A model generated the notes under the pieces. The model did not search any database. It was not told the origin of the DNA and saw only the letters and a program-made list of their open reading frames with translations. Below, in pieces: positions 9,633-19,044 of a stretch of 64,000 nucleotides of DNA; the first letter of the stretch is position 1; each line of letters opens with the position of its first letter. The stretch covers positions 27,251-91,250 of the forward strand of contig CACHFP010000002.1 of the NCBI GenBank assembly GCA_902579115.1, read 5' to 3'. This DNA is from an uncultured Pelagibacteraceae bacterium (GTDB lineage Bacteria; Pseudomonadota; Alphaproteobacteria; Pelagibacterales; Pelagibacteraceae). Both the position numbers and the translations under genes were made by a program.

Positions 9633-10529
9633 TTAATTAAAAAAAGTTCCTCGAATTCTTAATAATTCTCTAGATAACCCAGAATGCTCTTTAAAAGCTT
9701 TTCTTCCATGCAACCAAAAATAGTTATTTGAGAAAATTGTCGATCCAACAGGCAGAGGAAAGCTTATTTTATTTTTACTTTGTTCTAAAGCATCTGATAA
9801 TTTTTGCAAAAATAAACCTTGTTTCATATTTTTTGGTTCAGGAAATTGATCAATATAGGAAATAACTGGCTTACCATTTTTATCTTTTGAAAATACAGGA
9901 TGTTCAACTTTATAATCAACATTCTTGCTTTTAGGCGATCCCCATACAAAATCTTCTTGACCCACAGGATCATTACTTAAATCTTCCAAGTGCTCCCAAT
10001 CATCTAAATGTAAAATTACACTTTCTCCTCCACCGACATTCTGTTCCTCCATTTTTGTCATTATAATCCAATCAGTTTTCTCTTTTACATATGTTCCATC
10101 CGTATGAAGATCTAAATTTGTATATGCTTTTCTAAGATAAGAATCGCTACTATCTTGATGCTTTACATGAAATCTTGCATAGTATTTACCTGTCATTGAG
10201 TCAAAGTTAGGATTGCCAATTAGATAAGCAAGACCAGTAGAAAGCTTAACTAAAAAATCTTTATCAAATTTCTTATTTTTAATATCAGGGTCAACGATGG
10301 CAGTCCCAGTTTTTCGATCATTAAGAATTTCACATAAAGTTTTACTCAGTTTATTTTGAAATACCTCATCTAAACTTTTTGCCAAGCTAAATCTAGAAAA
10401 TGGTTTGTATTCTAAAGATAAAATTGAGTGTTTTTTAAAAGGAAAAATTAATCTATCAAGGTCGCTTTCATTTAACTTAATTACACGAACTCTTTTAGAA
10501 TGATTATGATCTGAAATCGAAAAACTCAT
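9633..10529 (-). CDS. glaH: CsiD/GlaH-like Fe(II)/2-oxoglutarate-dependent oxygenase (glutarate 2-hydroxylase family)
   Basis: Long collinear similarity to E. coli CsiD as I recall it: SLEYKPFSRFSLAK, YYARFHVKHQDSSDSYLR, LHTDGTYVKEKTDWIIMTKMEEQNVGGGESVILHLDDWEHL, YIDQF, FWLHGR. Confidence 0.75.
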   Translation of the reverse strand: MSFSISDHNHSKRVRVIKLNESDLDRLIFPFKKHSILSLEYKPFSRFSLAKSLDEVFQNKLSKTLCEILNDRKTGTAIVDPDIKNKKFDKDFLVKLSTGLAYLIGNPNFDSMTGKYYARFHVKHQDSSDSYLRKAYTNLDLHTDGTYVKEKTDWIIMTKMEEQNVGGGESVILHLDDWEHLEDLSNDPVGQEDFVWGSPKSKNVDYKVEHPVFSKDKNGKPVISYIDQFPEPKNMKQGLFLQKLSDALEQSKNKISFPLPVGSTIFSNNYFWLHGRKAFKEHSGLSRELLRIRGTFFN

Positions 10530-10604
10530 TTAATTAATAGTGCCTATAATCCATAAAACAATAAAAATTGCTAATATTGGTTCCATTTATAATTTTACCA
10601 CAAA

Positions 10605-10943
10605 TTAAATGTTAGTCAAAAAACTTAATAAAAGTGCTGAAGCAATAGTAGGTATCACTAAATTTTTTTTAGATATTATAAATATAGCAATACAGGTGAA
10701 GAATACTATTAGTCTCATTACAAGATCTGAGTCTGCTAAAACTCCGGCAGGAAATATTATCATTCGTCCAAGTAATGCTGCTAAAGTTGAGTAAGCAACA
10801 CAGTTAAACCATTTAAATATTTTTGATTTTACGCTCACTTTTTCTGAAGTTAGAGCTCCCATAAATCTGGAAATGTATGTAGCTATTGATGTTGCTAAAA
10901 TAGCTAATATTATTATCTGACTACTTGCCATTTTTTTCTCCAA
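10605..10943 (-). CDS. azlD: Branched-chain amino acid exporter small subunit AzlD
   Basis: About 110 aa with 4 TM segments, directly downstream of and overlapping azlC. Confidence 0.6.
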   Translation of the reverse strand: MEKKMASSQIIILAILATSIATYISRFMGALTSEKVSVKSKIFKWFNCVAYSTLAALLGRMIIFPAGVLADSDLVMRLIVFFTCIAIFIISKKNLVIPTIASALLLSFLTNI

Positions 10944-11625
10944 ATAAAAAAGCTACAGATCCAGCAATTAATCCAGCAAATAATAATGACCACTCAGTAG
11001 AAAATAAGTAAATAACTGGGCCTAAAGTTGTACCTAGAATAACCGAAATAGATACAGCTAAGTTTTTCATAGCGCCTATCATCATACAAAAAAAATAAAT
11101 TGGATTAACGATAGCTAATCCAATTAACATTTCTTTATTTAAAAGATCTGCTGCTAGATAACCAATAACTGTCATAAGAACTGCTGTTAACCAAGTTCCC
11201 GTGCCAATACCAATCCAAAAATCTATTCGATATTTGGCATTAATCTTTTTGTAGCTGTCTTTAGCAATTAACCACGATGAAACTGCAAGAAAGTGACAAG
11301 ACAAATAGTATTTCCACTTAGGTTGAGATTTATGCTCAAGTAAAGGAAATAAAGAAACTGTCATTGGATAAAGTCTGAAATTAACTAACCAAACTGCTAA
11401 AAAAATATTTACTATAGATGCGCCTAACAATAATGATTCCGCCATTACTAATTGTCCGGGTAAGGCGTATGTGAAAAAACTTGAGGCTGCACTTTGTTGA
11501 ATATTAAATCCAGCATCTTTAAGTAATGCTCCTAAAGCAACAAAACATGCCGCTAAAGGTAACGCCGGACTTCTTGTGCCTTTTAAAGATTTTAAACCTG
11601 TAAAGAAAGCTTTCGAGTTAATCAT
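10921..11625 (-). CDS. azlC: Branched-chain amino acid exporter AzlC
   Basis: 234-aa polytopic protein of AzlC-like size and topology, paired with an AzlD-like gene. Confidence 0.7.
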   Translation of the reverse strand: MINSKAFFTGLKSLKGTRSPALPLAACFVALGALLKDAGFNIQQSAASSFFTYALPGQLVMAESLLLGASIVNIFLAVWLVNFRLYPMTVSLFPLLEHKSQPKWKYYLSCHFLAVSSWLIAKDSYKKINAKYRIDFWIGIGTGTWLTAVLMTVIGYLAADLLNKEMLIGLAIVNPIYFFCMMIGAMKNLAVSISVILGTTLGPVIYLFSTEWSLLFAGLIAGSVAFLFGEKNGK

Positions 11626-12407
11626 CCACCAAGGAATAATCTTCCTACATCTGGATTTTTTAAAAGATCATCCCCTTTGCCCGCAATAGCTGTTTGGCCA
11701 GACACTAAAACGTAACCTATATCTGCAAACTCTAACCCTTTTTTTGCGTTTTGTTCTACAAGTATTATTGTTTTCTTCTCTGTTTTTTGAAGATCTTCTA
11801 AAATTTCAAAAACCATATTTATATATTTTGGCTCCAAACCAATTGATGGTTCATCTACTAATAAAACTGATGGCTTCATAACTAATGCTCTTGAAATTTC
11901 TAATAATCTTCTCTCACCACCTGATAAAACTTTCGCAGGTTGATTTCTTCTATTTCTTAATCTCTCATATTTCTGAAAAATTCTCTCAGCTTCCTCATAA
12001 GCTTCGTCCTGTTTATCTTTAATATAACCGCCCATTAAAAGATTTTCCTCAACTGTCATATCAGGAAACACTGAATTATCTTGTAAGATATAAGCTATGC
12101 CCACTTTACTAAGTTTCTGAGCAGGGGTTAATGTCGTAATTTCATTTCCCTCTAATTCAATTTTTCCATCAAATATATTTGTAAACCCATATATGGAGTG
12201 AAGTATTGTAGATTTTCCTGCTCCGTTAGGACCTATTAAACATAAAGATTGGGCCTTACTGACTGTTAAATCAAAATTATGTAGTATCTCCATTTTTCCA
12301 TAGCCAGCATTTAAACCTCTTATGGTTAGATGTACATCGTTAGGAGACAATTTATTCAAATCTTCTAAACCAGGTGCTTTACCTAAAACATCATATTGAT
12401 TTGCCAT
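11622..12407 (-). CDS. ABC transporter ATP-binding protein (LivF-like), second Liv-type system
   Basis: Walker A GPNGAGKST, signature LSGGERRLLEISRAL and Walker B VLLVDEPSIGL. Confidence 0.8.
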   Translation of the reverse strand: MANQYDVLGKAPGLEDLNKLSPNDVHLTIRGLNAGYGKMEILHNFDLTVSKAQSLCLIGPNGAGKSTILHSIYGFTNIFDGKIELEGNEITTLTPAQKLSKVGIAYILQDNSVFPDMTVEENLLMGGYIKDKQDEAYEEAERIFQKYERLRNRRNQPAKVLSGGERRLLEISRALVMKPSVLLVDEPSIGLEPKYINMVFEILEDLQKTEKKTIILVEQNAKKGLEFADIGYVLVSGQTAIAGKGDDLLKNPDVGRLFLGG

Positions 12408-13141
12408 TATTGAGCCCCTAAATAAGCGTCAACAACCCGCTTATCATTTTTAATTTGATCTGGTGAACCTTCTGCTAGCATTTTACCGTGCGCTAAACAG
12501 AAAATTTTTTGTGCTAAACTCATAATTACTTTCATATTGTGTTCTATGACTAATAAAGTAATTCCATAATCTTTATTTATCTTAATTAATCTATCTATTA
12601 TTCCATTAATTAAAGTTGGATTAATTCCAGCTGTAGGCTCGTCTAATAAAAGCATTTTAGGCTCATTCATCAAAGCCATTGCTAATTCTAGTAATTTTTG
12701 TTGTCCAAATGATAAATCACCTGCTCTCAAATTTCTTTTTTGATAAAGACCAACAAAGTTTAAAATATTTTCTGCTTTTTCAGTAAGTTCAATGGGTACT
12801 TTTGCAAAAATAAATCCTGAATCACTTGCTTTGTGACTTATTAGCATATTCTCTACACAATTAAGTTTTGAATAAATTCTTGTTTGTTGAAAGGTTCTTA
12901 ACAAACCAAGTTTAGCGACTGCTGGTACAGGCATTTCAGAAACTTCTGTATTATCAAAAACAATTGATCCTTTATCAATCGGATGAGTTCCAACAATAGA
13001 ATTAAATAAAGTAGTTTTACCTGAACCATTAGGTCCTATTAAACCAACTATAGATCCTTGCTCTACGGAAACAGAAATATCTACGTTAGCTTGAACACCG
13101 CCAAAAGATTTACTTACATTTTTAACTTGTAAAATACTCAT
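12407..13141 (-). CDS. ABC transporter ATP-binding protein (LivG-like), second Liv-type system
   Basis: Walker A GPNGSGKTT, signature LSFGQQKLLELAMAL, Walker B LLLDEPTAGI and a C-terminal DAYLG. Confidence 0.8.
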   Translation of the reverse strand: MSILQVKNVSKSFGGVQANVDISVSVEQGSIVGLIGPNGSGKTTLFNSIVGTHPIDKGSIVFDNTEVSEMPVPAVAKLGLLRTFQQTRIYSKLNCVENMLISHKASDSGFIFAKVPIELTEKAENILNFVGLYQKRNLRAGDLSFGQQKLLELAMALMNEPKMLLLDEPTAGINPTLINGIIDRLIKINKDYGITLLVIEHNMKVIMSLAQKIFCLAHGKMLAEGSPDQIKNDKRVVDAYLGAQ

Positions 13142-14202
13142 TTTAATTCCACCTGTGCTTTACGATCTTTTTCATCTATCACTTCACCAAATCTTTCAGG
13201 ATATTTTTCTCGCAACCAACCCATTACCCCCTCGGGGAAATAAACTACGATTACAACAATTAAAACTCCTAGCGCAACATATTGCCAGCCTAATATTAAC
13301 GTCCAAAGCCCTTCTTTGAAAAAATGGAATAAAGTTGCACCAATTACTGGTCCCCATAAAGTTCCTTTACCACCAAGTATTGCCATGAGAACCATAAATA
13401 CTCCCATCTCTCTTCCATCAAATGCAACATCGGTTGAGTCTATATATCCGATTAATCCACCCATAATTCCACCTGCAAGACCACAGAAGAAGGCTGAACA
13501 CATCCAACCTACAATTTTGTATTTCATAGTTTGAATACCCATTGCTTCTGCTTTATCTTCGTTGTCTCTTATCGCATTTAAAATTAATCTAAATCTAGAA
13601 CCGTAAATGTATTTAACAAAAACAAATGTTCCAACTAATAATGCAAAACTTAAAAAGTAAAAAAACTTCCCTCTTGCTTCAGCGTCAACGATTTCAGCAG
13701 GAAAAGGTGGTGTGGTAAAACCTTGACCGGCTCCGATAATTTCTATTCCTCCAGCAATTTCACCTGCTGCTATCCCTAAACCTAAAGTACAAATAGCAAA
13801 ATAGTGGCCTCTTAAACCTAAAATAGCGTAACCTATAGCACCGGCGATAATAGCGGGTACAATAGCTGAAACTAATAACCCGACACCTATTCCTTGGAAA
13901 TATTGCGCTGTTGTATGGACAAACGTTTTTTCTCCACCGCTTTCTGTCCATTCAGCTAATGGGAAAAACATACCCACCTGAACCGAGGCAGTTAAATACA
14001 TTCCAAGACCATAGAAAAGAATGTTTCCAAAGGTATTGTAGCCCATTTCACCACCTTGTAAGTTCCACGTCATTGCTAAAACAATCAAGACGCAAAGATA
14101 CGTTAGCTGAACTTTAAAAGCAGAGAATAAATATGGAGCGGCTAAACCTAAAATAATTAAGCCAGAGTATAATATTAAATCTTTCTGTTTTACTTTTTCC
14201 AT
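13138..14202 (-). CDS. ABC transporter permease (LivM-like)
   Basis: Polytopic protein with LRGHYFAICTLGLG, a LivM-like core. The call is supported by operon context. Confidence 0.8.
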   Translation of the reverse strand: MEKVKQKDLILYSGLIILGLAAPYLFSAFKVQLTYLCVLIVLAMTWNLQGGEMGYNTFGNILFYGLGMYLTASVQVGMFFPLAEWTESGGEKTFVHTTAQYFQGIGVGLLVSAIVPAIIAGAIGYAILGLRGHYFAICTLGLGIAAGEIAGGIEIIGAGQGFTTPPFPAEIVDAEARGKFFYFLSFALLVGTFVFVKYIYGSRFRLILNAIRDNEDKAEAMGIQTMKYKIVGWMCSAFFCGLAGGIMGGLIGYIDSTDVAFDGREMGVFMVLMAILGGKGTLWGPVIGATLFHFFKEGLWTLILGWQYVALGVLIVVIVVYFPEGVMGWLREKYPERFGEVIDEKDRKAQVELK

Positions 14203-15096
14203 TTATTTCAAATACTCCCTTTTTTTTGAAAGTTTAAATCTTCTGTAAACTAATATTAAGACTAGCAGTAAAAATACTGCTCCAATTCTAAATTCTGTCC
14301 CTAAAATATAATCAGCAAATTCCTCAAAAAGACCTAGCCCCATCCCTGAAACTGCTACTGCAGGTAAGTTACCAAGACCTGCAACAATTACTATCATGAA
14401 AGATCTAACTGTATACGGAAGCCCTACATAAGGATGAAGTGTAAGAGTTATTGAAATCAAAGCTCCTGCGATTCCACATAACGCTGCATTAATTCCAAAA
14501 GTTGCAGCATAAACTTTTTCTGTATCTACGCCTAAAATTTTTGCAGCCCTAGCATTTTGTGCTGTTGCTCTAATAGCCCGTCCAAGTTTAGATTTCCTCA
14601 TGTAAATAACTAGAGCTATTGCATATAAAACACTTATAAAAGCAGAGAATATTTTTGAATTAGGTAGGGTTACTGAACTATCAAATAACATTGTTGTTCC
14701 ATATTCAGACTGTGCTACGACCACGTCTGCACCGAAAATAAAATTCATTAATTGTTGGAATACAATAGCGATACCAAAAGTTGCTAAAATTGAAATAAAT
14801 AAGTCTCTATCCACTACTTTATTGATTACTAACTTATAGAGTGCCCACCCGACAAAAAACATTATAATTGGAGATATAATAACTCCCCAAGCAGGATGGA
14901 TCCCCCAAAGGTAAATAGTGTATGCGATGTAACCTCCGAGAATTACTAAATCACCTTGTGCAATATTAATTATGTTCATTACACCCCATTGAAGTGCCAT
15001 GCCGTATGCAATCAACGCAAATAATATGCCTAAAAGAATCCCGTCCAGTGAAGCCTGGACCATTAACATTGGAGCTTTAAAAATAAGAAAGTCCAT
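14203..15096 (-). CDS. ABC transporter permease (LivH-like)
   Basis: Polytopic protein with MNIINIAQGD, matching the LivH N-terminal motif. The call is supported by operon context. Confidence 0.8.
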   Translation of the reverse strand: MDFLIFKAPMLMVQASLDGILLGILFALIAYGMALQWGVMNIINIAQGDLVILGGYIAYTIYLWGIHPAWGVIISPIIMFFVGWALYKLVINKVVDRDLFISILATFGIAIVFQQLMNFIFGADVVVAQSEYGTTMLFDSSVTLPNSKIFSAFISVLYAIALVIYMRKSKLGRAIRATAQNARAAKILGVDTEKVYAATFGINAALCGIAGALISITLTLHPYVGLPYTVRSFMIVIVAGLGNLPAVAVSGMGLGLFEEFADYILGTEFRIGAVFLLLVLILVYRRFKLSKKREYLK

Positions 15097-15117
15097 AAAA
15101 TTTCAAAACTTATAAAA

Positions 15118-15147
15118 GAAAAGCCCCTAGAAAACTAGGGGCTTTTC
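15118..15147 (-). terminator. Intra-operon intrinsic terminator/attenuator hairpin after the binding-protein gene
   Basis: GAAAAGCCCCTAG (15118-15130) and CTAGGGGCTTTTC (15135-15147) form a perfect 13-bp stem with a 4-nt loop. On the minus strand it is followed by TTTTATAAGTTTT. Confidence 0.6.
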
Positions 15148-15164
15148 AAATTATTAAGAAGTTA

Positions 15165-16406
15165 TTAGCTTCTTTCAGACCATTTCGGGATTGGATGATA
15201 GAACTTATCAGAAGCCCATTTTGTAGGAGCTACTACTCTATTCTCACAATCATCGCCTTTACATCTTACTTGGAACAAGATCATTGGCTTAGCAACGTTT
15301 TGGCCACCAGGTCCAAATTTAATGTTTCCATAGAAAGTTTGCATTTCTGTATCAACTAGCGCATCTCTAACTGCATCTCTGTCAAAAGAATTTGCTCTTT
15401 CGAACGCATCTTTAAACACTAACAATGCTGCAGAAGATTCTGCTGATTGATATGGCGGGTCATATCCAAATTCTTTTTGGAAGTCTTTAGCGTATTTCTT
15501 ACCAGAGCCAAAGAATTTATCTTTGTAAGATAAATTTTTGTGCCACTGAGAAGCACACAATGCGAATTCTGATTTCTTTCCGTGTTGTTTAGAAAGTTTT
15601 GCAGCATCACAGTGTGTCATCGCTAACATAGGAACATCAACTTTCATTTCAGAAATTTGTCTGATTGCAGTTAATGCACCTTTTGTGTGACCTGATACAA
15701 CAAGTACATCTGGCTTAACAGCTTTTACTTTAGCCAATGTAGCTGCCATATCGTTAAGTTCTTTCGGTAGTTTGTCATCGATGATGATCTCAGATCCAGT
15801 TCTTTTTGCTGCATCTAAAATACCAAGTCTCACGTCTTGTGAGAAAGCATCTTGTTCAAATGCTTGAGCAATTTTTACTCCTTTACCACCGTTTTTTTCT
15901 ACCGCTAAATCGATAGCTACTTCAAGGTATTGGTTAGCTGGTGATAACACCGCGAACAAATATTTATATCCTTTAGTAAATAAAGATCTAGATGCACCAT
16001 TCGCTTCAACCATAGGAATTTTATATTTCTCGGTTACTGGTGCAATGGCTTTCGTTAAACCTGAACTGTATGGTCCAAGCATATAATGAACGCCATCTTG
16101 TTTAATTAGTCTTTCAGCTAACTGAGCGGCTCTTTTTGGGTTTGATTCATCATCATAGTAAATGATCTCAAACTTATATTTCTTACCTTGTACTTCTACT
16201 CCACCCATTTTGTTAATTCTGTCAACGGCCATGTTATAACCATTTTGAGTATGAACTCCATTTGAAGAGTATTTACCTGTAAGAGATATTGCAGAACCTA
16301 ACACAATGTACTCACCTTCTACTTTTGCAAAAGAAGAAGTGAAAGATACAAGTGCTAAAGTTATTGCTGAAATAAATGTAACAAATAGTTTTGCTATTTT
16401 ATTCAT
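15165..16406 (-). CDS. ABC transporter periplasmic substrate-binding protein (type 1 PBP, Leu/Ile/Val-binding family)
   Basis: Signal peptide, about 410 aa, LivK-family layout. It is the first gene of the second Liv-type operon. Confidence 0.8.
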   Translation of the reverse strand: MNKIAKLFVTFISAITLALVSFTSSFAKVEGEYIVLGSAISLTGKYSSNGVHTQNGYNMAVDRINKMGGVEVQGKKYKFEIIYYDDESNPKRAAQLAERLIKQDGVHYMLGPYSSGLTKAIAPVTEKYKIPMVEANGASRSLFTKGYKYLFAVLSPANQYLEVAIDLAVEKNGGKGVKIAQAFEQDAFSQDVRLGILDAAKRTGSEIIIDDKLPKELNDMAATLAKVKAVKPDVLVVSGHTKGALTAIRQISEMKVDVPMLAMTHCDAAKLSKQHGKKSEFALCASQWHKNLSYKDKFFGSGKKYAKDFQKEFGYDPPYQSAESSAALLVFKDAFERANSFDRDAVRDALVDTEMQTFYGNIKFGPGGQNVAKPMILFQVRCKGDDCENRVVAPTKWASDKFYHPIPKWSERS

Positions 16407-16490
16407 TATTTCCCTTCTTGTTATTAATTAATTAATTAAAATTAAATAATTAAAACAAGAAATAGAGATTTTGACAACAGTTAGAATTGA

Positions 16491-17117
16491 TTAAAAATTC
16501 TGTGTCGCAGCAATGTAAACTGCTAAAATTAGAAGAACACACGCAGAAATTGTATTTAATAGCTTTGGTTTACTTCTTAGCCATACTGAAATTTTTTCAG
16601 CTGCTAATCCATAAATCATTAACGTTAAAAAATCTAATACCACGTATGTAATTAATAATATTAAAAACTGTGAAATGATATTTGATCCGAAATTAATAAA
16701 AGTCGGAAAAATTGTTCCAAAAAATAAAAGAGCTTTAGGACTTAAGCCAGCAACTAATAATCCATCTTTGTAAAATGATAGTGGCGATTTTAAATTTTGA
16801 TTTTTAGAATTAAAACTTCGAATTTTTGAAGTAAAGGTGTCATAGGCTAAATAAATTATATAAAATATGCCAGCCCATTTTAAATAGTAAAGGACTTGAG
16901 GGTTATCACTTAAAAAAGAGCCAATTAAAAACACTACTAAAATAGCCTGGATAGTATTTGCGGAAATATCTCCTAAAGCAGTCCAAACAGATCTATTTAA
17001 TCCATAGTTTAACGTGTGTGAAACAATTACAACTCTGGGCGGACCTGGAGAAATAAATAAAAATAAAATGATTTGTAAAAATATTATATAGTCTGTTGGA
17101 AACATTTGATTAGTCAC
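16491..17117 (-). CDS. LysE/RhtB family amino acid exporter
   Basis: 208 aa with 6 TM segments. The N-terminal PGP motif (SPGPPRV) is typical of the LysE family. Confidence 0.7.
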   Translation of the reverse strand: MTNQMFPTDYIIFLQIILFLFISPGPPRVVIVSHTLNYGLNRSVWTALGDISANTIQAILVVFLIGSFLSDNPQVLYYLKWAGIFYIIYLAYDTFTSKIRSFNSKNQNLKSPLSFYKDGLLVAGLSPKALLFFGTIFPTFINFGSNIISQFLILLITYVVLDFLTLMIYGLAAEKISVWLRSKPKLLNTISACVLLILAVYIAATQNF

Positions 17118-17130
17118 TATATATAAATTT

Positions 17131-17427
17131 ATGAAGAAAAAAAGTTTTATCCCTCAAACACGAGTTAAAAATCCCGAACCAAAAGATAAGGATGATAATT
17201 GGATTATTTGGGCTGCTTGGGCAGATAGGATTACTTTTGAAGAGATAAAAGAAAAAACTGGAAAGAATGAGTCTCAAGTCATTAAAATAATGCGAAAAAA
17301 TTTAAAACCAGGCTCCTTCCGCTTATGGAGAAAAAGAGTGCATAATACTAGCATCAAACATAGGAAAAAGTTTCAATTAGGCAGAAAAAAACTAAGAGAA
17401 AAAATAAAATTAACTGATATATATTAA
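17131..17427 (+). CDS. Small basic conserved protein (DUF2805/TIGR03643-like)
   Basis: The WAAWADRITFEEI motif resembles that family as I recall it. The function is unknown. Confidence 0.4.
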   Translation: MKKKSFIPQTRVKNPEPKDKDDNWIIWAAWADRITFEEIKEKTGKNESQVIKIMRKNLKPGSFRLWRKRVHNTSIKHRKKFQLGRKKLREKIKLTDIY

Positions 17428-17429
17428 TT

Positions 17430-17690
17430 ATGAAAAAAGTCACAATGTATACTGGCAATCCATGCTCATTTTGTGCAGCAGCCAAAGCGTTACTAAAAAC
17501 AAAAAATGTTGAAATTGAAGAAATCGATATTTGGGCAGATCCAGCTAACGCAAAAGAAATGTTACAAAGAACAAATGGCGCAAGAACTATTCCTCAAATT
17601 TTTATCGGCGATCATTACATTGGTGGTAATGACAAACTTCAGGAAGCCAATAGAAATGGCGAATTAGATAAAATAATAGATGGAAAATGA
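17430..17690 (+). CDS. grxC: Glutaredoxin (Grx3-like)
   Basis: 86 aa. It has the active site CSFC in a VTMYTGNPCSFCAAAK context, then TIPQIFI and GGNDKL. Confidence 0.8.
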   Translation: MKKVTMYTGNPCSFCAAAKALLKTKNVEIEEIDIWADPANAKEMLQRTNGARTIPQIFIGDHYIGGNDKLQEANRNGELDKIIDGK

Positions 17691-18139
17691 GGAGAAATTT
17701 TTTAAAATATTTAAGCTTAACAATTTTTTCTTCTTTTATTCTTCCTTTAAACTCACTTTTTGCTAATACAAAAAAAATTATCAATAAAAACCTTACAAAA
17801 AAACAAAAAGAAATAATGTTTAACGAGGGTACTGAAAGACCCTTTTCTAGTAATTTACTTAGAGAAAGTAGAAAGGGTTTTTATCATTGCGCTAATTGTG
17901 GAAATAAACTTTTTGCTTCTACTAGTAAATTCGACAGTGGCACTGGTTGGCCATCATTTTCGGAGGCTTTACCTGGAGCATTTAAAACTAAGATAGATTA
18001 TAAATTCGGAATGAAAAGAACAGAATATCATTGTGCTAAATGCGGCGCGCATCATGGACATGTCTTTAACGATGGACCAACAAAAAGTGGTAAAAGATTT
18101 TGTAATAATGGTCTTTGTTTAATTTTTAAGCCTGAATAA
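17687..18139 (+). CDS. msrB: Peptide-methionine (R)-S-oxide reductase MsrB with a Tat-type signal peptide
   Basis: The N-terminus MRRNFLKY matches the twin-arginine consensus (S/T)RRxFLK and is followed by a hydrophobic core. The protein has two CxxC zinc motifs, HHGHVFNDGP and RFCNNG. The start overlaps the grx stop (ATGA). Confidence 0.85.
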   Translation: MRRNFLKYLSLTIFSSFILPLNSLFANTKKIINKNLTKKQKEIMFNEGTERPFSSNLLRESRKGFYHCANCGNKLFASTSKFDSGTGWPSFSEALPGAFKTKIDYKFGMKRTEYHCAKCGAHHGHVFNDGPTKSGKRFCNNGLCLIFKPE

Positions 18140-18141
18140 AA

Positions 18142-19044
18142 TTATTTAATATCTTGGATAAAAGGCATTGCATCCCCTGCTCCAAGTTTAGTTGTAGATA
18201 TTCCAGCAACTTTATTTGCGAACTCTAAACAATCTTTAATAGGTTTTTCTTTCAATAAACTGAAAGCTAAACCTCCATTAAAAGCATCTCCTGCTCCAGT
18301 AGTGTCAATGGCTTTTACTGCACTAGCTTTTAAATAAATTTCCTCTTTTCCATCAGAATAAAATAAACCTTTTTCTCCTAGAGTAATTATTACTTTTTTT
18401 ATTCCTAGATTTATTAATTTATCTGCTGCCTGCTTTGCTTCTTGATCATTAGTAATCTTTATGCCTGTATAAAATTCAGCCTCGGTTTCATTAGGTGTAA
18501 AAAAATCGATATTATTATAAAACTCATTTGAAATTTCAGATGCCGGTGCAGGATTTAAAATTGTAGTACATCCATTTTCTTTAGCAGTTTTCAAACAATG
18601 TAAGGTAACATCTTTTGGAACTTCTAATTGAGTTAAAAAAATTTTTGATTTTTTTATAAAATTAATTTGTTTTTCAATTTCACTTATTTTTAAAGAACTT
18701 GGGGCGCCTACAATTACATTTATTGCATTTTTTCCAGTATTTTGATCGACTAAAATTCCTGCTACGCCAGTTTGTTGATTGCCATCTTGAATTATATTTT
18801 TCGTAGAAATTTTATTTTTTTCAAGAGTTTTAAGAGCTAACTCTCCGTATGCGTCTTTACCAATTTTACTTATAAAGTTTGTATTTCCGCCAAGTCTTGC
18901 AATTGCTATGGCTTGATTGCAACCTTTTCCTCCTGGACCCACATTATATTTTTTTCCCAAAATAGTTTCACCTATTGATGGGATTTTAGGTCCTGAAAAA
19001 CTTATGTCAGCAACAAAAATTCCTAAGACTGTTATTTCGCTCAT
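18142..19044 (-). CDS. rbsK: Ribokinase (PfkB family)
   Basis: GGKGCNQAIAIARLG near the N-terminus and DTTGAGDAFNG near the C-terminus. Confidence 0.75.
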   Translation of the reverse strand: MSEITVLGIFVADISFSGPKIPSIGETILGKKYNVGPGGKGCNQAIAIARLGGNTNFISKIGKDAYGELALKTLEKNKISTKNIIQDGNQQTGVAGILVDQNTGKNAINVIVGAPSSLKISEIEKQINFIKKSKIFLTQLEVPKDVTLHCLKTAKENGCTTILNPAPASEISNEFYNNIDFFTPNETEAEFYTGIKITNDQEAKQAADKLINLGIKKVIITLGEKGLFYSDGKEEIYLKASAVKAIDTTGAGDAFNGGLAFSLLKEKPIKDCLEFANKVAGISTTKLGAGDAMPFIQDIK

